Assembly (NCBI GenBank): GCA_913030915.1
Contig: CAJWEW010000002.1
Span: forward strand, 5,906 to 69,905
DNA from: an uncultured Rhodobiaceae bacterium
GTDB lineage: Bacteria; Pseudomonadota; Alphaproteobacteria; Rhizobiales; TMED25
Direction of reading: 5' to 3'
Length of the DNA: 64,000 nt
Shown: piece after piece, positions 11,414-19,427 of the stretch
How positions within the stretch are numbered: the first letter of the stretch is position 1
Layout: the number at the start of each line of letters is the position of its first letter
Position numbers and translations under genes: made by a program
Notes under the pieces: generated by a model
Database searches by the model: none
Told to the model about the DNA's origin: nothing
The model's input: only the letters and a program-made list of their open reading frames with translations

Positions 11414-11482
11414 TATTATTCTCCTGACTCGGTTATTCCCCATAGAGCTTAACAAACACCGACTCATGCTCTATGTATGTAA
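11414..11482 (-). promoter_or_regulatory. rpsB 5' leader (S2 autoregulatory-type structured leader)
   Basis: Minus strand reads ACATAC-CATAGAGC-style stem: CATAGAGC..GAGTCGGTGTTTGTTAA..GCTCTATG (perfect 8-bp stem), then GGGAATAACCG before the SD. This resembles the proteobacterial rpsB leader. Confidence 0.6.
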
Positions 11483-11489
11483 TATGCTG

Positions 11490-11518
11490 TTTATATGATT
11501 TTATGAAAAAAATATCAA
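11490..11518 (-). promoter_or_regulatory. Sigma70-type promoter of the rpsB-tsf operon
   Basis: TTGATA (11513-11518), 17-nt spacer, TATAAA (11490-11495), directly upstream of the leader. Confidence 0.65.
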
Positions 11519-11538
11519 GCTAATTTACCAAAACATTC

Positions 11539-14500
11539 TTAGTCTGTGTTTATGTCGACTACTCCAGGTATTGAGCTTAGATACTTTTCGGTATCATCGT
11601 CAAAGGAATAGGTATTTCCAATCTCAAGTTTTATATCTTTTTTTAAATTATTATCATAAAATTTTAAATTGATAATATCTGAACCTTTGCCAAGCTTCAG
11701 CTTTTCAGCTATTAGATCAATTGCTGTTATATCTGATATTTTTATTGTATATTTTTGATTAACAATCTCTTCGTTCTGGTCCAAATCTTCTATCTCGGGA
11801 TGGATGGGATTGTCGCTTACTACCTCAGCTTTATCGGTATCAAATAAACCATCTTCGGTAGCTTGAATGACGTCATTTACGCGGAGTCTGATTGAGTCGC
11901 CTTGGAGGTCGGCATCTACTTTTATAACTAAAACATTGCCTACAAATAGTACATCATTAAATTTATCTATAGTATCTGAAAAAAACATAGTCTCAAATTC
12001 TTGGCTTTCATCTGAGAATCTTATAAATGAATAATTTCTACCTGTTTTACCTCTTCTGTTTACCCTTGCGTGAATTACACCAGCCAGTCTGGCTTGCTTA
12101 TACCTTTTTGTCTTTACGTTATTTATGAAATCAGCATATGAAGTGACGCTGTACTTCTTAACGTCGCGCGAATAGCCTTGCAATGGATGACCTGACAAAT
12201 AAGATCCCAAAAATTCAAACTCACCTGCAAGTTTTCTGCTTCTGTTCCATTCTTTTTTTTCAGGTAACCTTATTTCAGCCTTCGTCTCTTCAATGCCAGC
12301 AAATATATCTGTCTGACCATCTAAATTTTTTTTCTTAAGCCGGTTTGACTCCAATAGAAGAATTTCAACGTTCTCCATCAGCAGCGCTCTGTTCTGTTCA
12401 ATCTCATCAAAAGCGCCTGCCATGATTAATCCCTCAAGCGCACGCTTATTTACAAAATGACTATCGATCCTTGAGATAAAATCCTGAATATCAGTATAAT
12501 GTCCATTTTTATTCCTCTCTGCGCAAATGTTTTCAACTGCCTGCGCACCAACATTCTTTATTGATGATAGTGAGAATCTTATTGATTTACCCTCAATTAG
12601 AAAATCGTGCGAAGAGTAATTTATTGAGGGTGGTAATATCTCTATTTTCATCCTTTTTGTTTCTGAAATAATACTTGAAACCTTATCGATATTACCAATA
12701 TCTAGTGTCAAAAGCGCTGACATAAATGCTAGGGGATAATTCGCTTTTAAGTAAGCGGTTTGGAATGCAATCAAAGCATAGGCAGCCGAATGCGCCTTAT
12801 TAAAACCATATCCTGCAAATTTATCCACCAAATCAAATATATATTCAGCTTTCTTTCTATCAACCCCATTTGAGCTTGCGCCATTTATAAATTTATCTCG
12901 CTGCGCATCCATTTCAGATTTTATTTTTTTACCCATAGCCCGCCTCAGGAGATCGGCTTCACCAAGACTATAACCAGCTAATTTCTGGGCAATTTGAATG
13001 ACCTGCTCTTGATATATTATTACTCCGTAAGTATCAGCAATTATTGGGTTAATAAGCTCATGCAAATCTTCAATCTCAACATCTGTATTCTTTGACTCAA
13101 GATATTGAGGAATATTTTCCATTGGACCTGGTCGGAATAGTGCAATTAAGGCAATTAAATCTTCAAAGTTATTCGGGTGAGCCTTGACCAGTAAATCTTT
13201 CATGCCTGAGCTTTCAAATTGGAAAACACCCGATGTTTCGCCATCTCTAAAGAGTTTGAGGGTTTTCTCGTCCTGAAAATCTATGGATGTTATATCTATA
13301 GTTTTACCAATGGCTTCGAGCTGCTTGCAGCATTCACTTATTACAGACAGGGTTTTGAGGCCTAAAATATCAAATTTAACCAGACCCGCTTGCTCAACCC
13401 ACTTCATATTGAACTGCGTTACAAGGGAATTAGTTTTTTGGTCCATATATAGGGGTACGTATTCCTCAAGTTTTCCATTTGATATTACAACTCCAGCTGC
13501 GTGCGTTGAGGCATGCCGGTATAGACCTTCAAGCGAGAGTGAGAACTTGAGAAGGCGATCTACTGTTTCGTCTGATTTTCTAATCAAGCCAATCTCTTTG
13601 ATCTCACTTAGTGCATCTGATAGCGTCATCGGATTCGCGGGGTTGTTTGGTATCAGTCTACACAAACTGTCTACTTGACCATAAGGGATCTCCATTACCC
13701 TACCAACATCTCGAATTACTGCTCTCGCTTGAAGTTTACCGAAAGTAATTATTTGTGCAACTCTATCATTGCCATATCTTTGTTTTATATAATTAATAAC
13801 TTCGTCACGTCTTATTGGGCAAAAGTCAATATCAAAGTCAGGCATTGATATTCGATGTGGATTAAGAAATCTTTCAAATACAAGATTGAATTTTATAGGA
13901 TCTAAGTCTGTTATCCCAAGGGACCAAGCTACAAGAGAGCCAGCACCGGACCCTCTACCTGGCCCAACCGGTATACCGTTATTTTTTGACCAGTTAATTA
14001 TATCAGATACAATTAAAAAATAGCCTGCATAATCCATGTCAAGAATAATTGAAAGCTCATTATCAAGTCTATCTTGGTAAAATGATATGTTATAATTTTC
14101 TGCAGTTCCAAATTTTGAAATTTTATCCTGAAATCCATTATTAGCCATGTCAACTAGCATATGGTTTTCTTTCTCTTTCGCTTCATCCTCAGACCCTTCC
14201 TGTACATACATTGGAAGTATTGGGCTTAATGTTGTCGGTCTGTATGTGCACCGCATCGAGATTGATACAGAGTTCTCGAGTGCCTCTGGCAAATCTTCAA
14301 ACAAGGAAAGCATTTCTTCTTGGTTTTTAAAATAGGATTCTTGCGAGATCTTTTTTCTATTTGGATTAGATACCACATCAGCATTTGTAATACACTGAAG
14401 GATGTCATTTGCCTCGTGGTCCGCACGTGACTCAAAAAAAATATCATTTGTTGCAACTATGGGTATATCACTATCATAGGCTATGTCTAGTAGCTTATTC

Positions 14501-15051
14501 TCAACCGATTGATTATTTCTGTCTGACCTTTGAATTTCAATAAAGAGCCTCTCATTAAATACACTCTTTATGTTATTTATGTATTCAATTGCTTGATCAG
14601 TACCATTTGACTTAATCAGATTATTTACAGTGCCTCTGTCCCCACCAGTGAGGAAAAATAAACCCTCATTGTGTTTATAAATTTCTTCAATCGTCACAAA
14701 TGGAAATAGTGCATTATTTTTTTGAAAGGAATAGCTTGATAATTTTAATAAATTCTTATACCCAATCTCCGTCATAGCTATCAAGCAAACTGAAGACTCC
14801 ATTTGATTTGAACTTGATGTGAGGGCATTATTTGATGACACATTCAGCGTTGCTCCAATTAACGGCTGAATGCCATTTGATGACATAATCTCTGAAAATT
14901 CTAATGCGCCAAAAAGGTTACTATCAGAAATACCAACAGCGGGCATACTGTTTTCAATACATAAATCCTTTATCTGATTTATATGAAGAGATGACTCAAG
15001 AAGTGAGTATGCAGATCGAGCACGCAGGTGTATAAAATGTGGAATTGCCAT
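11539..15051 (-). CDS. dnaE: DNA polymerase III subunit alpha (DnaE1)
   Basis: PHP domain, GPGRGSGAGSLVA, catalytic PDFDIDF, FAGYGFNKAH, OB fold. Start set at the ATG at 15051 (AAGGGA SD); the track starts at 15078. No intein seen. Confidence 0.97.
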   Translation of the reverse strand: MAIPHFIHLRARSAYSLLESSLHINQIKDLCIENSMPAVGISDSNLFGALEFSEIMSSNGIQPLIGATLNVSSNNALTSSSNQMESSVCLIAMTEIGYKNLLKLSSYSFQKNNALFPFVTIEEIYKHNEGLFFLTGGDRGTVNNLIKSNGTDQAIEYINNIKSVFNERLFIEIQRSDRNNQSVENKLLDIAYDSDIPIVATNDIFFESRADHEANDILQCITNADVVSNPNRKKISQESYFKNQEEMLSLFEDLPEALENSVSISMRCTYRPTTLSPILPMYVQEGSEDEAKEKENHMLVDMANNGFQDKISKFGTAENYNISFYQDRLDNELSIILDMDYAGYFLIVSDIINWSKNNGIPVGPGRGSGAGSLVAWSLGITDLDPIKFNLVFERFLNPHRISMPDFDIDFCPIRRDEVINYIKQRYGNDRVAQIITFGKLQARAVIRDVGRVMEIPYGQVDSLCRLIPNNPANPMTLSDALSEIKEIGLIRKSDETVDRLLKFSLSLEGLYRHASTHAAGVVISNGKLEEYVPLYMDQKTNSLVTQFNMKWVEQAGLVKFDILGLKTLSVISECCKQLEAIGKTIDITSIDFQDEKTLKLFRDGETSGVFQFESSGMKDLLVKAHPNNFEDLIALIALFRPGPMENIPQYLESKNTDVEIEDLHELINPIIADTYGVIIYQEQVIQIAQKLAGYSLGEADLLRRAMGKKIKSEMDAQRDKFINGASSNGVDRKKAEYIFDLVDKFAGYGFNKAHSAAYALIAFQTAYLKANYPLAFMSALLTLDIGNIDKVSSIISETKRMKIEILPPSINYSSHDFLIEGKSIRFSLSSIKNVGAQAVENICAERNKNGHYTDIQDFISRIDSHFVNKRALEGLIMAGAFDEIEQNRALLMENVEILLLESNRLKKKNLDGQTDIFAGIEETKAEIRLPEKKEWNRSRKLAGEFEFLGSYLSGHPLQGYSRDVKKYSVTSYADFINNVKTKRYKQARLAGVIHARVNRRGKTGRNYSFIRFSDESQEFETMFFSDTIDKFNDVLFVGNVLVIKVDADLQGDSIRLRVNDVIQATEDGLFDTDKAEVVSDNPIHPEIEDLDQNEEIVNQKYTIKISDITAIDLIAEKLKLGKGSDIINLKFYDNNLKKDIKLEIGNTYSFDDDTEKYLSSIPGVVDINTD

Positions 15052-15140
15052 TAATATTCCCTTTTTGACTACCACCATTTTAATAAAAAAAAGCTAGAAG
15101 TCATTTTAATATTAGATTGTTTTAAATATTGTTTTGGTTT

Positions 15141-15149
15141 TGTGGATAA
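15141..15149 (-). promoter_or_regulatory. DnaA box upstream of dnaE
   Basis: Perfect TTATCCACA on the minus strand. About one such 9-mer is expected by chance in this window, so only its position supports function. Confidence 0.4.
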
Positions 15150-15159
15150 GAGGTGATGA

Positions 15160-15264
15160 TCAGATTATTGATGCAAATCTGAACAGCATAATTGATAATG
15201 TAATAACAGATAGAATTCCAGTTATATCTTCCCAATTATTTATAAATTTTTTAAATAAATACAT
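15160..15264 (-). CDS. 34-aa single-TM small protein, putative SidA-like SOS cell-division inhibitor
   Basis: MYLFKKFINNWEDITGILSVITLSIMLFRFASII*. AAGGA SD 7 nt upstream, LexA-boxed promoter immediately 5', dnaE immediately 3', hydrophobic residues 14-34. Below the ORF-track length cutoff. Confidence 0.7.
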   Translation of the reverse strand: MYLFKKFINNWEDITGILSVITLSIMLFRFASII

Positions 15265-15286
15265 ACTATATTCCTTTTTTGTACAT

Positions 15287-15315
15287 AATATGTTCTATTT
15301 TTGTTCTAATGTCAA
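15287..15315 (-). promoter_or_regulatory. Sigma70 promoter with an alphaproteobacterial LexA (SOS) box in the spacer
   Basis: Minus strand: TTGACA-tta-GAAC-aaaaata-GAAC-ATATT. -35 TTGACA at 15310-15315, 17-nt spacer, -10 CATATT at 15287-15292; GTTC-N7-GTTC at 15292-15306 on the plus strand. Confidence 0.8.
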
Positions 15316-15369
15316 ATAATTTATATAATATATATTGATGAGTTATAAAACTTATGCAAATAATTACGT

Positions 15370-16539
15370 ATGCTAGATAAAAAAAAATATAAAGAGAGCA
15401 CAATAATTACGCATGCTGGACAAGAGTCAGGCGAACATTTTGGTTTTGTGAATACGCCCGTTTATCGAGGCTCAACGGTACTCTCCGAAACCTCAAGACA
15501 ATTCAGAGAGCGCTCCTCAAGGTATTTCTATGGTAGCAAATCAAATCCAAATACTGAGTCTCTCTCAGAGGGTATTAGGCTATTAGAAAATGCTGAAGGG
15601 TGCCGAATAACAAGCTCTGGAAGAACAGCAATCCTCCTCAGTTTGCTAAGTATCCTTAGGAATGGAGATCAATTAATATTGTCTGATAATGTCTATGGAC
15701 CTACGAAGCAAATCGCAGAAAAGTTTCTTGCGAAGATGGGGGTCAAGACATTATATTTTAATCCGAAAGATTTAGATTCACTGGAAAATAAAATTACTAA
15801 AAAAACTAGAGCTGTTTTCTTTGAGTCACCCGGTTCACTTACATTCGAGATTATTGACATTAATAAATTAGTTTCCATTTGCTCAACGAGAGATCTGTTT
15901 ACAATAGTTGATAATACATGGGCAACACCTTTGTATTTTAAACCCTTTAAATTTGGTCTAGATATCTCTGTGCATGCGGGTACTAAGTATATAGTTGGGC
16001 ACTCTGACGTATTCATGGGAGCGGTAACCTATAACAAAAAAGCTCAAAAATATGTTGAAGACACCTTTGATATACTTAGGGTCAGCTCAAATGCGGATGA
16101 TGCTTATATGGCAAACAGAGGCCTTCGAACTATTAATGTTAGGATGGAAAAACAATTCACGAACTCACTAAAAATATGCGAATTCCTCAGCACTCATCAC
16201 GCAATCAAGGAAATCCTGTACCCCCCATTTCACAAAAGTCGTGATCATAACTTATGGAAAGAGTATTTTTCAGGTGGGGGTGGCAGTCTGATGTCCATAA
16301 TTATTAATAACAAAGATAATAGTATTGATGCTCTGGATAAATTCATTGATAGCCTGTCACTATTTGGTATTGGGGCTTCATGGGGTGGCTACGAGAGCCT
16401 AATTATGCCGATCTTTCCTGATAGGCGAACAACAAAAGAATGGTCTAAATACTCAAACTCTATGGTAAGAATTCATATTGGACTTGAAGACCCTGTTGAC
16501 CTAATTGAAGATTTGGCAAGCTCACTTGATACACTCTAA
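15370..16539 (+). CDS. metC: Cystathionine beta-lyase
   Basis: VNTPVYRGST, FFESPGSLTFE, DNTWAT, PLP lysine in HAGTKYIVGHSD, GIGASWGGYESL. Confidence 0.92.
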   Translation: MLDKKKYKESTIITHAGQESGEHFGFVNTPVYRGSTVLSETSRQFRERSSRYFYGSKSNPNTESLSEGIRLLENAEGCRITSSGRTAILLSLLSILRNGDQLILSDNVYGPTKQIAEKFLAKMGVKTLYFNPKDLDSLENKITKKTRAVFFESPGSLTFEIIDINKLVSICSTRDLFTIVDNTWATPLYFKPFKFGLDISVHAGTKYIVGHSDVFMGAVTYNKKAQKYVEDTFDILRVSSNADDAYMANRGLRTINVRMEKQFTNSLKICEFLSTHHAIKEILYPPFHKSRDHNLWKEYFSGGGGSLMSIIINNKDNSIDALDKFIDSLSLFGIGASWGGYESLIMPIFPDRRTTKEWSKYSNSMVRIHIGLEDPVDLIEDLASSLDTL

Positions 16540-16546
16540 TAAATAC

Positions 16547-16891
16547 TCAATCTCTATATAAACCTTTTTTCCTTAATTCTGATATATACTCTTTCCATAT
16601 TTTATCCTTGCCCATGAAAAGCTCTTGTAAATATTGCCAAGTATAAATACCGGTAGAATGACCATCATCAAAAATAAGCTTTATTGCATAATTGCCAACA
16701 AGCTCAATTGAATTAATTGAAATACCCCTCTTTCCGCTCACAGTTTTTTTTTGCGCTGGGCTATGCCCCTTCACCTCGGCGCTGGGGCTATTAACTCTTA
16801 AAAATTCGGCACTCATAACAGATTTTTTAACCTCATATTCAAGGGTTAGCTCTTTCTTGTTTTCAGATAAAATTATATTTTTAGGTATCAT
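16547..16891 (-). CDS. DUF971 family protein
   Basis: SAEFLRVNSPSAEVKGH and VGNYAIKLIFDDGHSTGIYTW; adjacent to mrp. Confidence 0.9.
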   Translation of the reverse strand: MIPKNIILSENKKELTLEYEVKKSVMSAEFLRVNSPSAEVKGHSPAQKKTVSGKRGISINSIELVGNYAIKLIFDDGHSTGIYTWQYLQELFMGKDKIWKEYISELRKKGLYRD

Positions 16892-16908
16892 CTAATATCA
16901 TCATGAAA

Positions 16909-17973
16909 CTAATTTATAATAATATTTGGTTTTTCTGAATTTGAGTTATCCTCAATTTTGCTTTTAACTAATTTCGCAATCTCAAGAAATTTTTTTGAAA
17001 CTGTTGAGTCTGTTTTAGACAGCATTATTGGCTTCCCATTATCCGAACACTCCCTTAAATCGATTTCTAATGGTATATCACCTAAAAAATCTACATTTTG
17101 ATTTTTTGCTTCAACTTTAGCGCCTTCAAAACCAAAAATATGTGATTCATTTTTACAATTAGGGCATATGAATGTACTCATATTTTCAATCATACCAAGA
17201 ATTGGTACATTAACTTTTTTAAACATTTCTATACCTTTTATGGCATCTATGAGGGCCAAGTCTTGTGGTGTTGATACAATTACTGCACCACTCATTGGTA
17301 CCCTTTGCGCCATGGTTAGCTGCACATCACCAGTTCCAGGTGGCATATCCACTATTAGATAATCTAACTGACCCCACTCAACATCATTGAGCATTTGACT
17401 TACTGCTGTTATTACCATTGGACCTCGCCAGATCATTGGGCTGTCTTCTGGAACAAGAAAGCCAATTGACATCAAAGAAATATTGTATTTCTGAATAGGT
17501 AAGATTTTACCCGCTTTAGATTTCTTTGGTTTTTGTCTGTCTCCAACGAGCTTTGGGATTGATGGTCCATATACATCAGCATCTAGCAGACCTACGCTAA
17601 AACCTAGCTGATTTATTGCAACAGCTAGATTTATTGAGATTGTCGATTTTCCAACACCGCCCTTTCCGGAAGCAACAGAAATTATATTTCTTACTTCTGA
17701 AATACCACTTGTAACAGCCCTAGTGTCAGCTTTACTTTGCATTGACTCAGAGTGTGATGTTAAAGAAACAGATACACTATCAATACCATCAATTGCTGAT
17801 AACTCTTTTTCTATTTGAAGTTTAATTCTTGTAAATATATCGATTTTAGTTTTGTCTGTTTTTAACGAGAGATAAATTTTTTTATTTGCAACTACGATGG
17901 CTTCGATTAATTCAGGGTATTCAGGGTTCAATAGCTTCAGCTTTTCAATAGCTAAAGTTTTTACGTCCGACAT
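16909..17973 (-). CDS. mrp: Mrp/ApbC Fe-S cluster carrier ATPase
   Basis: SGKGGVGKST, LDADVYGPS, MIWRGPM, DMPPGTGD, CPNC. Confidence 0.95.
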   Translation of the reverse strand: MSDVKTLAIEKLKLLNPEYPELIEAIVVANKKIYLSLKTDKTKIDIFTRIKLQIEKELSAIDGIDSVSVSLTSHSESMQSKADTRAVTSGISEVRNIISVASGKGGVGKSTISINLAVAINQLGFSVGLLDADVYGPSIPKLVGDRQKPKKSKAGKILPIQKYNISLMSIGFLVPEDSPMIWRGPMVITAVSQMLNDVEWGQLDYLIVDMPPGTGDVQLTMAQRVPMSGAVIVSTPQDLALIDAIKGIEMFKKVNVPILGMIENMSTFICPNCKNESHIFGFEGAKVEAKNQNVDFLGDIPLEIDLRECSDNGKPIMLSKTDSTVSKKFLEIAKLVKSKIEDNSNSEKPNIIIN

Positions 17974-18031
17974 GGTCTTGGCTTATGATATATCGAGCGC
18001 GCCATGTACGCGACGCGCTCTTTGTGGTATT

Positions 18032-19114
18032 TTAATTTGGAATGACGCCATCAATCCCTTCGACATAGAAATCCATCCCAAGTAAATCAATTTCCGAGGC
18101 AACTTCGCCATCAGCAAGCCAAACCGTTCCGTCCTGCTTATTTATTGGTCCTGTGAAAGGATGCAACTCGCCAGAAAGTATTCCCTTTTGCGCATCGTTT
18201 ACAAGGTTTACGACAACCTTGGGCACATCATCAGATATATCGGCTAGCTTTACCATTCCGGTTGGCATACCACCCCATGTATCTTTCGACTCCCATGTCT
18301 TGTCGATCAACGCCTGTGTTCTCTCAACGTAATAGGGTGCCCAGTCATCTATTATGGCAGTTAATTGCGCATTTGGGCCAAACTGAATCATGTCTGATGC
18401 CTGTCCAAAAGCATATATACCCTGCTCTTCAGCAATTGTCATTGCAGCAGCAGAGTCTGTATGTTGCATAATAATGTCCGCACCTTGATCGATAAGTGCT
18501 TTTGCTGCATCAGCTTCTTTACCCGGATCAAACCAAGTGTAGACCCATACTATTTTAAATTCAACAGTAGGGTTTACAGATGTAGCTGCAAGATAAGCTG
18601 CATTTATTCCCCTAATAACTTCCGGTATTGGGAATGAGGCAATGTATCCGATTGTATTTGATTGAGTCATCCCACCAGCAATTAAGCCAATCAGGTGACG
18701 ACCTTCATAAAATCTGGCTGCATATGTTGCGACATTATCAGCTCTTTGATATCCGGTTGCATGTTCAAATTTAACTTTTTTAAATTTTTTTGCAACTTTG
18801 ATGGTTGGATTCATATACCCAAAAGATGTTGTGAATATGAGGTCATGGTCTCTTGCCATTTGGGTGATAGCCCTTTCAGCGTCGGGCCCCTCTGATACGC
18901 TCTCAACATAAGTTGTTTCAACAGCCTCCCCAAATGCTTCAACTACAGCTTTTCGACCCTGATCGTGCTCATAGGTCCAACCAAAGTCTGTAACAGGGCC
19001 AACATAAATAAATCCAACTTTTTTAACACCATCATCAGATAATTGGGATTGATAGTAAAAACCAACAGCTATAATCAAAATAACGATTATAGAACCAAGT
19101 ATTTTTTTTGACAT
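18032..19114 (-). CDS. BMP-family ABC transporter substrate-binding protein (purine/nucleoside type)
   Basis: KVGFIYVGPVTDFGWTYEHDQGR, FTTSFGY, EHATGY, PIPEVIRGINA; linked to two permeases and an ATPase. Confidence 0.9.
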   Translation of the reverse strand: MSKKILGSIIVILIIAVGFYYQSQLSDDGVKKVGFIYVGPVTDFGWTYEHDQGRKAVVEAFGEAVETTYVESVSEGPDAERAITQMARDHDLIFTTSFGYMNPTIKVAKKFKKVKFEHATGYQRADNVATYAARFYEGRHLIGLIAGGMTQSNTIGYIASFPIPEVIRGINAAYLAATSVNPTVEFKIVWVYTWFDPGKEADAAKALIDQGADIIMQHTDSAAAMTIAEEQGIYAFGQASDMIQFGPNAQLTAIIDDWAPYYVERTQALIDKTWESKDTWGGMPTGMVKLADISDDVPKVVVNLVNDAQKGILSGELHPFTGPINKQDGTVWLADGEVASEIDLLGMDFYVEGIDGVIPN

Positions 19115-19427
19115 CGATAACTCCGTATATAAAAATGGGACAATAATAACTAGGCAAAATGGGAAATGCCTATTTATTTACTTGTAATTTAAAAACAAAT
19201 AATAATAAGTTCATAAACTACATCTTAATAGTAGCCCTTTTGGCCTCAATATGAAGTTTAATTGTAATTATTCCACTGAATTAATTGAAATTTTTATTAT
19301 CGTTGCAAACTAGCTTAGTCAGCTTTATCAGGTTTTTTGGGACTATTCGACCCATTATGATAACAACAAAAAAAACTTGAAAAGAAGCAATAACCTAGTT
19401 CTTAGAACAAGCTTGCAAAATTACCTT

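Noticed and set aside
15266-15286. 6-codon upstream ORF MYKKGI* ending 1 nt before the small-protein ATG
   Set aside because: Its ATG lies upstream of the predicted transcription start (about 15280), and its sequence is explained by the SD.
15134-15319. 61-aa plus-strand ORF in the dnaE-metC gap (ORF track)
   Set aside because: No SD and no recognisable motif. It is antisense to the better-supported 34-aa ORF and runs through that ORF's promoter and LexA box.
19210-19255. Purine or xanthine riboswitch upstream of the BMP gene
   Set aside because: Too short and lacks the conserved loop and junction nucleotides; kept only as an unassigned structure in the findings.
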